A DNA stretch of 64,000 bases, from positions 11,732-75,731 of the forward strand of contig DASXUE010000049.1 in assembly GCA_036505055.1 (NCBI GenBank). The letters run 5' to 3'. The notes below the pieces were generated by a model that saw only the letters and a list, made by a program, of their open reading frames with translations, did no database searches and was not told the origin of the DNA. Shown piece by piece: positions 52,436-62,412 of the stretch. The first letter of the stretch is position 1; every line of letters begins with the position of its first letter. Source of the stretch: Gemmatimonadales bacterium (GTDB lineage Bacteria > Gemmatimonadota > Gemmatimonadetes > Gemmatimonadales > GWC2-71-9). The translations under genes and the position numbers were made by a program.

Positions 52436-54213
52436 TCATCGGCGGCGGAGCCCCGCTCCGTCACCCCGATGCCTTGGCGCGCATGGCGGACAGCCTGCGC
52501 CACCGGGGCCCCGACGGTGAACGCGTTGTCGGCGACAGCAACGCGCGAATCGGGGCGCGCCGGCTGGCCATCATGGACCTCACCACCGGCGACCAGCCGT
52601 TCCAGAGTCCCGACGAGGCGGTCTGGATGGTCTGCAACGGCGAGATCTACAACGCCCCCGACCTGCGCCGCCAAGCCACGGCGTGGGGCTACCCGTTCCG
52701 CTCCCGTGGCGACATCGAAACGATCGTGCCCTTTTACGAGCGGTTCGGCACCGACGCCATCGCCCGACTCGACGGGATGTTCGGCCTCGCGGTCTGGGAC
52801 GCGCGCCGGCGCCGCCTGCTCCTCGCACGCGATCGCGCTGGGGAAAAGCCGCTCTTCTGGACGCGCGTGGACGGCGAGCTGCGATTTGCTTCCGAGATCC
52901 AGGCGCTGCTCGTCTATCCCGATCAGCCCCGCCGCCTGAACCGGACCGCCTTGCGCCTGTATCGGGCACTCGGCTACGTGCCCACGCCGCACACGATGTT
53001 CGAGGACATTCACAAGCTGCCGCCGGGGCACCTCCTGATCGCTGAGACCGCCCAGGTGGATGTACGCGCCTACTGGAGTCCCGCCGCCGTGGCCGCCGGG
53101 CCCTCGCGCCTCGAATCGGCCGGCGAGCTGCGCGCGACGCTGCTGCGCGCCGTCGAGCGCGAGCTGATGTCGGACGTGCCGCTCGGCGTGTTCACGAGCG
53201 GGGGGCTCGATTCGTCGCTGCTCGTCGCCGCCGCGGCGCGGGTGCTGCCCGGCGAGCGGCTCCACACCTACGCGGCGCGATTCGTCGAGCCGGGATACGA
53301 CGAGAGCGGCTTCGCCGAGGCGGTGACGCACGATATCCGCACCGTGCACCACGTCGTGACCGCGGACACCGAATCCCTGACCCACGCGCTCGAGGTCGTC
53401 ACGCGCTCGCTGGCGGAGCCGTTGGGCGACCCGGCCGTCCTTCCTACCTACCTTCTGGCCGAAGCGGCCCGCGCGGACGTGAAGGTCATTCTGTCGGGCG
53501 AGGGAGCGGACGAGCTGTTTGGAGGCTACCCGACCTACCTGGGTCACCGCGCCGCAGCGGCGTGGCAGCGGCTCCCGGGCCCCGTGCGCGGGGCGCTGCG
53601 CTGGAGCGTCGAGCGCTGGCCCAGCTCGACGGGGAAAGTGACGCTCGAATTCCTCGCCAAGCAGTTCGTGGCCGCCGCCGACCGGCCGTGGCTCGAGCGC
53701 CACCTCGCCTGGTTCGGGGCGCTCGGGCCCGATGAGCACGTCGTTCCGGAGCTCGGCTGCAAGCTGCACGGGTTTCCCCACGACGATCCCCTGAACCGGA
53801 TCCTGTGGCTCGACTTCGTCACCTACTTGCCGGACGACCTCTTGGTCAAGGTCGACCGCGCGACGATGCTGGCCTCGGTCGAGGCGCGGGCGCCGTTCCT
53901 CGACCGGGAGCTGATGGAGCTGGTGCTCCCCGCCCCGTCGCGGCTCAAGGTGCGGGGCTTCACGAGCAAGGCGATATTAAAGGAAGCGGCCCGCGGGCTG
54001 GTGCCCGACAGCGTGATCGGCCGCCGGAAGCGGGGTCTGTCGGTGCCCGTGGCGCGGTGGCTCAACACGGGACTCGCGCCGCTGGCCGACCGTCTGCTCG
54101 ATACCCCGCTCCTGGCCGAGCACCGGTCGGGCAAAGCGAATCACGCGCGCAAGCTGTGGCCGCTGTTGATGCTGGCGTTGTGGGCAGAAAACTGGCATGT
54201 CGACATCCAATGA
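52411..54213 (+). CDS. asnB: Asparagine synthase (glutamine-hydrolysing) family amidotransferase
   Basis: N-terminal nucleophile MCGI. Motifs CNGEIYN and SGGLDSS (PP-loop). It overlaps the upstream gene by 25 nt. Confidence 0.9.
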   Translation: MCGIFGAVVIGGGAPLRHPDALARMADSLRHRGPDGERVVGDSNARIGARRLAIMDLTTGDQPFQSPDEAVWMVCNGEIYNAPDLRRQATAWGYPFRSRGDIETIVPFYERFGTDAIARLDGMFGLAVWDARRRRLLLARDRAGEKPLFWTRVDGELRFASEIQALLVYPDQPRRLNRTALRLYRALGYVPTPHTMFEDIHKLPPGHLLIAETAQVDVRAYWSPAAVAAGPSRLESAGELRATLLRAVERELMSDVPLGVFTSGGLDSSLLVAAAARVLPGERLHTYAARFVEPGYDESGFAEAVTHDIRTVHHVVTADTESLTHALEVVTRSLAEPLGDPAVLPTYLLAEAARADVKVILSGEGADELFGGYPTYLGHRAAAAWQRLPGPVRGALRWSVERWPSSTGKVTLEFLAKQFVAAADRPWLERHLAWFGALGPDEHVVPELGCKLHGFPHDDPLNRILWLDFVTYLPDDLLVKVDRATMLASVEARAPFLDRELMELVLPAPSRLKVRGFTSKAILKEAARGLVPDSVIGRRKRGLSVPVARWLNTGLAPLADRLLDTPLLAEHRSGKANHARKLWPLLMLALWAENWHVDIQ

Positions 54214-54794
54214 CTCGAGACGAAGCCTTGGCCCTGATGCAGGAGCATACCCAGTCCGCCTCGTTGCGCCAGCACATGCTGGCCGTCGAGGCGGCGATGC
54301 GAGCCTACGCCGCGAAGTCGGGCGAGGACGTCGAGGCCTGGGGTCTCGCGGGGCTGCTGCACGACTACGACTACGAGCGCTACCCCAACCCCGAGCACTC
54401 TCCCACCGAGGGGCACCCGGCGTGGGGGGTGCGGCAGCTGCGCGAGAAGGGGGTGGCGGAGCCGGTGTGCCGCGCGATTCTCGGGCATGGCAACTACACC
54501 GGCGTACCGCGCGACACGCTGATGGCGAGGACGCTCTTCGCCGTGGATGAGCTGTGCGGGTTCCTCGTGGCGTGCGCGCTGGTTCGGCCCTCGAAGAGCT
54601 TCGCCGATCTCGAGGTGTCGTCGGTCAAGAAGAAGCTCAAGGACAAGGCGTTCGCGCGCGGCGTGAACCGGGACGAGGTGCGGCAGGGCGCCGAGGAGCT
54701 GGGCGTGCCGCTCGACGACCACATCGCCTTCTGCGTGCAGGCGCTGCGCCCCGTGGAGGCCACGCTGGGCCTCGGTCTTGGGTTGGGGGGGTGA
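54210..54794 (+). CDS. HD-domain metal-dependent phosphohydrolase
   Basis: ATGA overlap with the upstream gene. Motifs HMLAVEAAM and AGLLHDYDYE. Confidence 0.75.
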   Translation: MTRDEALALMQEHTQSASLRQHMLAVEAAMRAYAAKSGEDVEAWGLAGLLHDYDYERYPNPEHSPTEGHPAWGVRQLREKGVAEPVCRAILGHGNYTGVPRDTLMARTLFAVDELCGFLVACALVRPSKSFADLEVSSVKKKLKDKAFARGVNRDEVRQGAEELGVPLDDHIAFCVQALRPVEATLGLGLGLGG

Positions 54795-56173
54795 CCGACC
54801 GACTCGCGCGCGCGCTCGACCGCGCGGGCGCCGCGCGTCTGATCCCCGGCAACGCCGTGCGGCACCTTCCCGACAGCGCGGCCGCGCTCGACGCCATGCT
54901 CGAGCTGATCGCAGGCGCGCGCCGCACCGTCCATTTCGAGAACTACATCATTCGCAGCGACCGCACCGGACGCCGCTTTGCCGCCGCTCTGTCGGAGAAA
55001 GCCCGTGCCGGCGTGCGCGTGCGGGTGCTGTACGACGCCCTGGGCAGCGTCGCGACGCGCTGGCGGTTTTGGCGCGACCTGCGGCGCGCCGGGGCCGACG
55101 TCCGCGCGTTCCGCCCGCTGCTCACGAGCGGACCCTTCGAGGTGCTGAGCCGCGACCACCGCAAGCTCATCGTCGTCGACGGGCGTGAGGCGATGCTCGG
55201 CGGACTGTGCATCGGCGACGAGTGGGCGGGCGATCCGGACCGCGCCCGCCAGCCGTGGCGCGATACGATGGTGGCGGTGTGTGGGCCCGCGGTCGCCGCG
55301 CTCGAGGGGTCGTTCGCGCGCGTGTGGGCGCGCGCCGGCCCGCCCCTTCCTCCTGATGCGCTCGCCCCCCCCCCCACCGCGGAGTCCTGCGGCTCCTCGG
55401 CGCTCCGGGTGATCGACGGCGTGCCCGGGCAGTCGCGCGCCTATCGCGCCGTGCAGCTCCTCGCCGCGGCCGCCGAGGAGCGCCTCTGGATCACCGATGC
55501 CTACATGGTGGCCCCCCCGCCGCTCTACGCGAGTCTCGTGGACGCGGCGAAGAGCGGCGTGGACGTCCGCCTCCTCCTTCCCGGCACGAGCGACATCCCA
55601 GTCGTCCGCACGTTCAGTCGGATCGGCTACCGCGACCTGCTGCGCGCCGGCGCGCGTATCTTCGAGTACGGCGGGCCGATGCTCCACGCCAAGACGCTGC
55701 TCGTCGACCGCGAGTGGGCCCGCGTGGGCTCGACCAACCTCAACGTCTCGAGTCTGATGGGCAACTACGAGCTCGACATCGTTGCGGAGTGCGACTCGCT
55801 CACTGAAGCGCTCGCGGCCCAATTCCGGCACGACGCGGCGTACAGCCGGGAGATCGTGTTGCTCGAACGGCGCCGGCTCCCCGCGCGGCTGGTGCGCGGC
55901 CCGAGTCCGCCGGCCCTGACGGGGCCGCATCGGCGGACACGGCGTGAACTCCAGGCGGCCGCGGCCATCGCGCTCGTGCAGGTGGCGGGCGGCGCTCGTC
56001 GAATGGTGGCGGGCGCCTTGGCGGTGACACTCGCCCTGTTGGGCGCCCTCCTCATCGTGTTCCCCACGGCCTCGAGCGTGGTGCTCGCTACGGGAGCGCT
56101 CGCCGCGGCGCTGGGACTCGCGTTCTACGCACTCGTCCGGCGCCGCCACCGCCGGCAGGCCGATGCCGCCTGA
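54791..56173 (+). CDS. Phospholipase D / cardiolipin synthase-family protein with C-terminal TM helices
   Basis: GTGA overlap with the upstream gene. Two HKD motifs: HRKLIVVDGREAMLGG and HAKTLLVDREWARVGSTN. Confidence 0.85.
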   Translation: MTDRLARALDRAGAARLIPGNAVRHLPDSAAALDAMLELIAGARRTVHFENYIIRSDRTGRRFAAALSEKARAGVRVRVLYDALGSVATRWRFWRDLRRAGADVRAFRPLLTSGPFEVLSRDHRKLIVVDGREAMLGGLCIGDEWAGDPDRARQPWRDTMVAVCGPAVAALEGSFARVWARAGPPLPPDALAPPPTAESCGSSALRVIDGVPGQSRAYRAVQLLAAAAEERLWITDAYMVAPPPLYASLVDAAKSGVDVRLLLPGTSDIPVVRTFSRIGYRDLLRAGARIFEYGGPMLHAKTLLVDREWARVGSTNLNVSSLMGNYELDIVAECDSLTEALAAQFRHDAAYSREIVLLERRRLPARLVRGPSPPALTGPHRRTRRELQAAAAIALVQVAGGARRMVAGALAVTLALLGALLIVFPTASSVVLATGALAAALGLAFYALVRRRHRRQADAA

Positions 56174-56249
56174 TCGTCCCTCGTCCCGCCCGCCCCCCCG
56201 GTCGACCGCGTCCCCTGCGGGCGACCAACCTCCACCGGGGGTCGCGCGT

Positions 56250-56795
56250 ATGGGAAGCGAGACGGAGGGGGAGCTCGTCGCGCGGACACGCGCGGGCGAC
56301 AAGGCGGCGTTTGGCGCCCTGGTGGACCGATACGCGGGGCAGGCGCGGCGCGTCGCCCGCGCGGTGCTGGACGACCCCGACGAAGCGGACGACGCCGCCC
56401 AGGACGGCTTCCTCTCGGCGCTGGTGAAGTTGGACCGCTACGATGCGCGGCGCCCGTTCGGTCCGTGGCTGATGCGCATCGTGGCCAACGCGGCAACCGA
56501 TCGCCGGCGCCGCCGCCGCGTCCGACGCGCCGAGCCGCTCGATCCCGGCCTCGTCGGCGGGGGACCGCGGCCCGACACGGAAGCGGTACGCAGCGAGCTG
56601 GGGGACCGGTTGCGGGCGGCGTTGGCGGAGCTGTCGCCGCGGCGTCGCACGGCGGTGGTGCTGTTCGACGTCGAAGGGTACTCGCACGCGGAGATCGCCG
56701 AGATCCTCGGCATTCCGGAAGGCACGGTGCGATCGGAAGTGTTCCACGCGCGCCGCCGGCTGCGGACGCTGCTGGCGGACTGGAAGGGAGCGTAA
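56250..56795 (+). CDS. ECF-type RNA polymerase sigma-70 factor
   Basis: Region 2 is FGALVDRYAGQARRVARAVLDDPDEADDAAQDGFLSA. Region 4 is VVLFDVEGYSHAEIAEILGIPEGTVRSEVFHARRRL. Start chosen at the internal ATG (MGSETEGELV...). Confidence 0.85.
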   Translation: MGSETEGELVARTRAGDKAAFGALVDRYAGQARRVARAVLDDPDEADDAAQDGFLSALVKLDRYDARRPFGPWLMRIVANAATDRRRRRRVRRAEPLDPGLVGGGPRPDTEAVRSELGDRLRAALAELSPRRRTAVVLFDVEGYSHAEIAEILGIPEGTVRSEVFHARRRLRTLLADWKGA

Positions 56796-56798
56796 CAG

Positions 56799-57176
56799 AT
56801 GACTGACGAGCGGATGTTCGATCACCGGCCCGACCCCGAGTTGGGCGCCGCCCTCCGGCAGGCGCTCGAGCCGCGGGACGGAACGCAGGCGGCCTTCGTC
56901 GACCGTGTGCTGGTGCGCTACGACGCCGCGCAGGCGGCCGCCGGCGTGCCCACCTGGGACGTGCTCGCCGCCTGGGCGCGCCCCCGGGTCGCCGCGGCCG
57001 TCGCGGTCGCCGCCCTGTGCGGCTTCCTCGTGGGCCGCGCCCTCCAGGCGCCGGACGACGCGAGCTTCGATACCGCGTTCGAGCCGACCAGCGGCCCGGG
57101 GCTCGCGGCGCTGGTGACCGCTTCCGCCCCCCCCGACGCCAGCGTCGTGTTCGCGTCGTTGGTCGAGCCACGCTGA
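56799..57176 (+). CDS. Candidate single-pass anti-sigma factor
   Basis: The call rests on its position immediately after the ECF sigma gene and one TM helix (VAAAVAVAALCGFLVG). No conserved motif recognised. Confidence 0.35.
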   Translation: MTDERMFDHRPDPELGAALRQALEPRDGTQAAFVDRVLVRYDAAQAAAGVPTWDVLAAWARPRVAAAVAVAALCGFLVGRALQAPDDASFDTAFEPTSGPGLAALVTASAPPDASVVFASLVEPR

Positions 57177-57202
57177 ACTACAGCCTGAGGAAAGAGACGA
57201 CC

Positions 57203-57601
57203 ATGTTGAACAGATCCAAGATCGCCGCGCTGGCCCTGCTCGGACTCGTGTTCGTCGCCGGTGGAGCCGCCGGCTGGGGCGTCCGCGAGGGCGCGCGCTG
57301 CGAGACCAAGAGCCGCCGCGGGCCCGACGCGATGGTGGACCGTCTGACGCGCGAGCTGACGCTGGCGCCCGCCCAGCGGGACTCCGTGCGCGCCATCTTC
57401 GAGCGCCATCATGCGGAGTTCGAGGCGCTCTGGGCGGCCGTCCGCCCGCGCTTCGACTCCCTCAAGACGATCGTTCGGGCGGAAGTCGCCGCCCAGCTTT
57501 CCCCCGATCAGCGGGCGCGCTACCAGCGACTCTTGGAGGACGCCGAGCATCGTCGTAGAGGGGATTCGACCAAGGCCAAGGCTGACGGAGGGCGGGACTG
57601 A
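57203..57601 (+). CDS. Periplasmic Spy/CpxP-like (LTXXQ-motif) protein
   Basis: Signal anchor MLNRSKIAALALLGLVFVAGG. An LTLAPAQ motif is followed by helical repeats. Confidence 0.5.
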   Translation: MLNRSKIAALALLGLVFVAGGAAGWGVREGARCETKSRRGPDAMVDRLTRELTLAPAQRDSVRAIFERHHAEFEALWAAVRPRFDSLKTIVRAEVAAQLSPDQRARYQRLLEDAEHRRRGDSTKAKADGGRD

Positions 57602-58899
57602 TGCGGTGGGTGACGGGGGTTCTGGCATTGAGCCTCGCGGTTCCGGCTGCGGCGCAGCAGGCGCCGGCGCCGCAACACCTCGAGGTCACGTTGACCGAGG
57701 CGATCCAGCGCGCGCTACTGGTGCAGCCGCTGATGGTGAGCGCGCGCGGGGAGCAGCGTAACCAAGGGGCCGCGCTGCGCTCGGCGCGCGGCGCGTTCCT
57801 GCCGACCATAACGACCAGCGCGGGGGCGTCGCGCGGCAGCAAGCCGCGTCCCGACCCCAACGTCGCCAACGCGACCCTGCCGCCGATCTACTCGTACTCC
57901 GGCTCACTGAACGCCCGTCTCGACCTCTTCGCCGGGTTTCGTCGTGTCGCCAATCTCAGGGCTGCCTCGGCGACCCTCGACGCCGCCCAAGCGGGCGTTG
58001 TGAATCAGCGGTTCCTGACGACGGTGGGCACGAAGCAGGCGTTCTACGACGCGCTCGCGACGGAGGAGCTGGTGCGCGTCGCCGAATCGCAGGTGCGCCG
58101 CGCGCAGCAGCAATTGCAAATCTCGGTCGACAAGCTCCATGCGGGGTCTGCGACCCGCTCCGATTCCCTCCGGTCCACGGTCGACTACGGCCGGGCGCGG
58201 ATCGAGCTGCTGCAGGCACAGGCAAACCTCTCCACCGCGCAGGCGACCCTCGGCAGCCAGATCGGTGTGGACCAACCCGTGCGCGCGATACCAGACAGCG
58301 TCATTCCCGCCTTGCCCGACACAGCGGCACTCCGGGCGAGCGCGCTCGACCGCGCGCCGCGCGTGGACCAGGCGGACGCGCAGGCCCGCGCTGCACGAGC
58401 GCAAGTGTGGACCGACCGCGCCGCGTACTGGCCGTCGCTCAACGTGAGCTACTCCAACACGCGAACCGACACCCTGTTTCCCACCTTGCCGCTGTTCGAC
58501 AACCTCAAGGAGTCGTTCACGTGGTCGTTTGGGTTGTCGTGGACGCTGTTCAACGGCTTCGCCCGCGAGCAACAGCAGGTGCAGTCGAGCGTGCGTCGTG
58601 ATGTAGCCGAAGCGACCGCCGCCGACACGCGCCGCCAGGTCAACGCCGAGCTCACGCAACAACTCGCCGCGCTCGCCACGACCTACCAACAGATCGACAT
58701 CGCGCGGGCGAACGTCGCGGCGGCCACCGAGGACCTGCGCGTCCAAAACGAGCGCTACCGTGTAGGCGCAGCGACGATCCTGGACCTCCTGACGTCGCAG
58801 GCCGCCTTGACGACCGCCGAGAAGGATCTGGTCCAGGCGCGCTTCGACTACCTGATTGCGCGCGCGCAGCTCGAGGCGCTGGTGGGGCACGAGCTGTGA
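57601..58899 (+). CDS. TolC-family outer-membrane efflux protein
   Basis: Signal peptide and two OEP repeats. The C-terminus ends ...[21 protein letters not shown], which is typical of the family. Confidence 0.85.
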   Translation: MRWVTGVLALSLAVPAAAQQAPAPQHLEVTLTEAIQRALLVQPLMVSARGEQRNQGAALRSARGAFLPTITTSAGASRGSKPRPDPNVANATLPPIYSYSGSLNARLDLFAGFRRVANLRAASATLDAAQAGVVNQRFLTTVGTKQAFYDALATEELVRVAESQVRRAQQQLQISVDKLHAGSATRSDSLRSTVDYGRARIELLQAQANLSTAQATLGSQIGVDQPVRAIPDSVIPALPDTAALRASALDRAPRVDQADAQARAARAQVWTDRAAYWPSLNVSYSNTRTDTLFPTLPLFDNLKESFTWSFGLSWTLFNGFAREQQQVQSSVRRDVAEATAADTRRQVNAELTQQLAALATTYQQIDIARANVAAATEDLRVQNERYRVGAATILDLLTSQAALTTAEKDLVQARFDYLIARAQLEALVGHEL

Positions 58900-59633
58900 C
58901 CGCCGCCCAGGCGATGGCGTTCCGGACCGGCGACACGCCGCTCCCCGATATCGTCATCCTGACGCACCACCTGACCCGCGACTACGACATGGGCGGCGAA
59001 GTCGTGCGTGCTCTCCGTGGGGTGGACGTCCAGATCCGCAAGAACGAGTACGTCGCCGTCATGGGCCCGTCGGGGTCGGGCAAGTCGACGCTCATGAACC
59101 TGGTCGGCTGTCTCGACACCCCCACCGCCGGCGAATACTGGCTCAACGGCCAGAAGGTGAGCGATCTGTCGGACGACCAGCTCGCCCGCATCCGCAACAA
59201 GGAGATCGGGTTCGTCTTCCAGACGTTCAACCTGCTCCCCCGCGCCGATGCGCTGCACAACGTGGAGCTGCCGCTCATCTACGCCGGCCTCCCGGCGAGG
59301 GAGCGGCGTGAGCGGGCGGCGGGAGCGTTACAAAAGGTCGGGCTGGGGGACCGGATGGACCACCGGCCCAACGAGCTGTCAGGTGGGCAGCGGCAGCGTG
59401 TGGCGATCGCGCGCGCGCTGGTGAACGACCCGAGCATCCTGCTGGCCGACGAGCCGACGGGGAACCTCGACTCGGCGACGGGGACCGAAATCATGGCGCT
59501 CTTCCAGCAGCTCCACGACTCGGGCCAAACGATCGTGCTGGTCACCCACGAACACGACATCGCGGTGCACGCGCGCCGCCAGATTCATTTGCTCGACGGC
59601 AAGGTCGAGCGCGACGAGAGGACGGAACGGTAG
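58896..59633 (+). CDS. MacB/LolD-type ABC transporter ATP-binding protein
   Basis: Walker [10 protein letters not shown], signature LSGGQRQR and Walker B ILLADEPT. Confidence 0.9.
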   Translation: MTAAQAMAFRTGDTPLPDIVILTHHLTRDYDMGGEVVRALRGVDVQIRKNEYVAVMGPSGSGKSTLMNLVGCLDTPTAGEYWLNGQKVSDLSDDQLARIRNKEIGFVFQTFNLLPRADALHNVELPLIYAGLPARERRERAAGALQKVGLGDRMDHRPNELSGGQRQRVAIARALVNDPSILLADEPTGNLDSATGTEIMALFQQLHDSGQTIVLVTHEHDIAVHARRQIHLLDGKVERDERTER

Positions 59634-59635
59634 CT

Positions 59636-61189
59636 GTGAACACGTACACACGAGCGGCCGCCCTGCTGGCGCTGGGCGTGGCCGCGTGCGGCAAAGCAGA
59701 CCCCGCGCCGATGTACGAAGCAGTCCCCGTGGAACGCCGGACCGTGGTGGTCTCGGCGGTGGCGTCCGGCGCCATCGAGCCGGTGCTGACCGTCGACGTC
59801 AAGTCCAAGGCCTCGGGCGAGATCATCGAGATGAACGTCCAGACGGGCGACGACGTGAAGAGCGGCCAGCTGCTCGCCGCGATCGACCCGCGGATTCCAC
59901 GCAACAATCTGGCGCAGGCGGAAGCCAACCTCGCCGTGGCCCAGGCGCAGCTCGGCAACGCGAAGGCGCAGCTGGCGCGCTCCGACACCCTCTACAAGGC
60001 GCAGGCCATCACGGAAACGGAATACGAGAGCGCCAGTCTGGCGTACGCGAATGCCAACGCCGATGTGATCCGCGCCAAGACGGACCTCGAGAACGCCCGC
60101 GACCGCATGACCGACACGAGGCTCCGCGCCCCGCTCGCCGGCACGATCATCGCGAAGAACGTCGAGTTGGGCACCGTCATCTCGTCGCCCAGCACGGACG
60201 TGGGCGGCGGCACCGTGCTGTTCAGAATGGCGAACCTCGACACAGTGCAGGTCCGGACGCAGGTGGACGAAACCGACATCGGGAAGGTCCAACCCGGACT
60301 GCCGGCTACGATCACCGTGGACGCGTATCCCAACCGGCCGTTCGAGGGCAGCGTGCTGAAGATCGAGCCGCAGGCCACGGTGCAGCAGAACGTGACCATG
60401 TTTCCGGTGCTGGTGCGCATCGCGAATCCCAGCCACCTCCTGAAACCGGGGATGAACACCGAGGTCGAGATCCACGTCGGGCGGCGCGACAACGTGCTCG
60501 CGGTGCCCAACGCCGCGCTGCGGACGCAGCGCGACGTCGCCTCCGCGGCACAGGTGCTGGGCCTCGACCCGCAGCAGGTGCAGGAGCAGCTGGCGGCGGC
60601 CGCGCAGCCGCCGCGCGATTCCGGTGGCGCCGCGAGCGCATCGCTGGGCGGCCAGACGCGGCGCGACTCGGGGGCGGCTCCCGCAACGGGCGCCCCCGTG
60701 ATGATCACGCTGCCCAATGGAAGCACGATGCCGGCGCCTCCGGGCATCACGGCCGCGCAAGTCAAGCTGGCGCAGAGCAGCATGCAAAAGCGCATGCGCG
60801 GCGAAACGCCCACCGCCGAAGAGCAGGCGGCGGGGCGTGCGGTGTTCCAGGCGATTCGGGCGGCGGGCGGCGGCATGGGAGGCCCAAGCGGGCCGGGCGC
60901 CTTCCGCCGGGCCACTGGAGACGTGTCGAGCTACATCGTCTTCGTGCTCCGGAAGGGGAAGCCGATGGCGGTCAACGTGCGCACGGGACTCACCGACCTC
61001 GATTTCATCGAGGTCGTGAGCGGCCTCACCGAGCAGGACACCGTGCTCGTGCTGCCGAGTGCGTCGTTGCTCAATTCGCAGCGCGACATGCGAGACCGGA
61101 TGCGCACCATGACCGGCGGCGGCCTGCCCGGCCTACAGCAGCAGACGCCGACCACCACGCAGCGTCCGCAGGTGCAGACGAGGCCCTGA
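59636..61189 (+). CDS. Efflux periplasmic adaptor (HlyD/MacA family) lipoprotein
   Basis: Lipobox LGVAAC. Alpha-hairpin (LAQAEANLAVAQAQLGNAKAQL) and barrel-sandwich motifs. Confidence 0.85.
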   Translation: MNTYTRAAALLALGVAACGKADPAPMYEAVPVERRTVVVSAVASGAIEPVLTVDVKSKASGEIIEMNVQTGDDVKSGQLLAAIDPRIPRNNLAQAEANLAVAQAQLGNAKAQLARSDTLYKAQAITETEYESASLAYANANADVIRAKTDLENARDRMTDTRLRAPLAGTIIAKNVELGTVISSPSTDVGGGTVLFRMANLDTVQVRTQVDETDIGKVQPGLPATITVDAYPNRPFEGSVLKIEPQATVQQNVTMFPVLVRIANPSHLLKPGMNTEVEIHVGRRDNVLAVPNAALRTQRDVASAAQVLGLDPQQVQEQLAAAAQPPRDSGGAASASLGGQTRRDSGAAPATGAPVMITLPNGSTMPAPPGITAAQVKLAQSSMQKRMRGETPTAEEQAAGRAVFQAIRAAGGGMGGPSGPGAFRRATGDVSSYIVFVLRKGKPMAVNVRTGLTDLDFIEVVSGLTEQDTVLVLPSASLLNSQRDMRDRMRTMTGGGLPGLQQQTPTTTQRPQVQTRP

Positions 61190-61192
61190 CCC

Positions 61193-62407
61193 ATGCTGAT
61201 CGCTGAGATCATTCAGGTCGCGCTGCAGGCGATCCGAGCCAACAAGCTCAGGTCGTTCTTGACGATGCTGGGCATCATCATCGGCGTGGGCGCCGTGATC
61301 ACGATGGTGGCGCTCGGCAGCGGCGCCCAGAAATCGGTGCAGGCGCGCATCCAGGCCCTTGGGCCGACGCTGCTCTCGCTCTACCCCGGACAGGCGTTCC
61401 GCGGCGGCATCGCGTTCGACCAGCGCGTCAGCCTCATGGTCGATGACTATAAGGCGCTGGCGACCGATGCGCGCTACGTGAAGGCGGTGGTGCCGGAGCT
61501 GACCCGCAATCTCCAGATCAAGCGCGCCGGCCAGAACATCAATGTGAGCGTCGTCGGGACGACGCCGAACTACGTGCAGGTCAAGAACTACACGATCACG
61601 GCGGGCCGGATGTTCACAGCCGGGGAGGACGAGGCGCGCCGCGGATACGCGGTCCTCGGCTCGGCGATCCCGGAGATGTTCAACGCCAATCCCGTCGCCA
61701 TGATCGGCCAGCAAATCCAGATCCGGGGCATTCCTTTCGAGATCATCGGCGTGCTCTCGATGAAGGGATCCGGCGGCGGGTTCGGCAACCCCGACGAGCA
61801 AATCCTCATTCCCCTGCAGACGGCGCGGTACCGCATCATGGGTACCGACCGGCTGCGGTCGATCACCGTCGACGCCGCCGACCTGCAGCACATGACGCTC
61901 GCCATGATCGAGATCGAGCGGGTGCTGCGGCGCGAACATAAGATCCGGCCCGGCGCCGACAACGACTTCCAGATCCGCAACCAGGCGGACGTGCTCGCGA
62001 CCTTCCAGGAAACGACCGAGACGTTCACTTGGCTCCTGGCCGGGATCGCGGCCGTCAGCCTCCTCGTTGGCGGCATCGGGATCATGAACATCATGCTGGT
62101 GTCGGTCACCGAGCGCACCCGGGAGATCGGCGTGCGCAAGGCGCTCGGTGCCACCAAGTTCAACATCATGTTCCAGTTCCTGGTGGAAGCGCTCGTGCTG
62201 TGTCTGGTGGGCGGTCTCATCGGGATCCTGCTGGGCTCGCTGGGCGCGGTGGCGCTCTCGAAGCTCGCGCACTGGAACACGTCCATCAGCATCTTCGCCG
62301 TGCTCCTCGCCTTCGTGTTCAGCGCCGTCGTGGGGCTGTTCTTCGGCATCTGGCCGGCGCGAAGGGCCGCGTCGCTGGACCCTATAGTCGCGCTGCGCTA
62401 CGAATAG
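61193..62407 (+). CDS. MacB-type ABC transporter permease (MacB_PCD + FtsX domains)
   Basis: Motifs NKLRSFLTMLGIIIGVGAVI and GGIGIMNIMLVSVTERTREIGVRKALGA. Confidence 0.9.
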   Translation: MLIAEIIQVALQAIRANKLRSFLTMLGIIIGVGAVITMVALGSGAQKSVQARIQALGPTLLSLYPGQAFRGGIAFDQRVSLMVDDYKALATDARYVKAVVPELTRNLQIKRAGQNINVSVVGTTPNYVQVKNYTITAGRMFTAGEDEARRGYAVLGSAIPEMFNANPVAMIGQQIQIRGIPFEIIGVLSMKGSGGGFGNPDEQILIPLQTARYRIMGTDRLRSITVDAADLQHMTLAMIEIERVLRREHKIRPGADNDFQIRNQADVLATFQETTETFTWLLAGIAAVSLLVGGIGIMNIMLVSVTERTREIGVRKALGATKFNIMFQFLVEALVLCLVGGLIGILLGSLGAVALSKLAHWNTSISIFAVLLAFVFSAVVGLFFGIWPARRAASLDPIVALRYE

Positions 62408-62412
62408 AGGGT

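Noticed and set aside
54494-56302. 602-aa minus-strand ORF, together with similar ORFs at 52402..53781, 61133..62509 and 62398..63669
   Set aside because: These are shadow ORFs antisense to PLD, AsnB, the MacB permease and the DUF5916-like gene.
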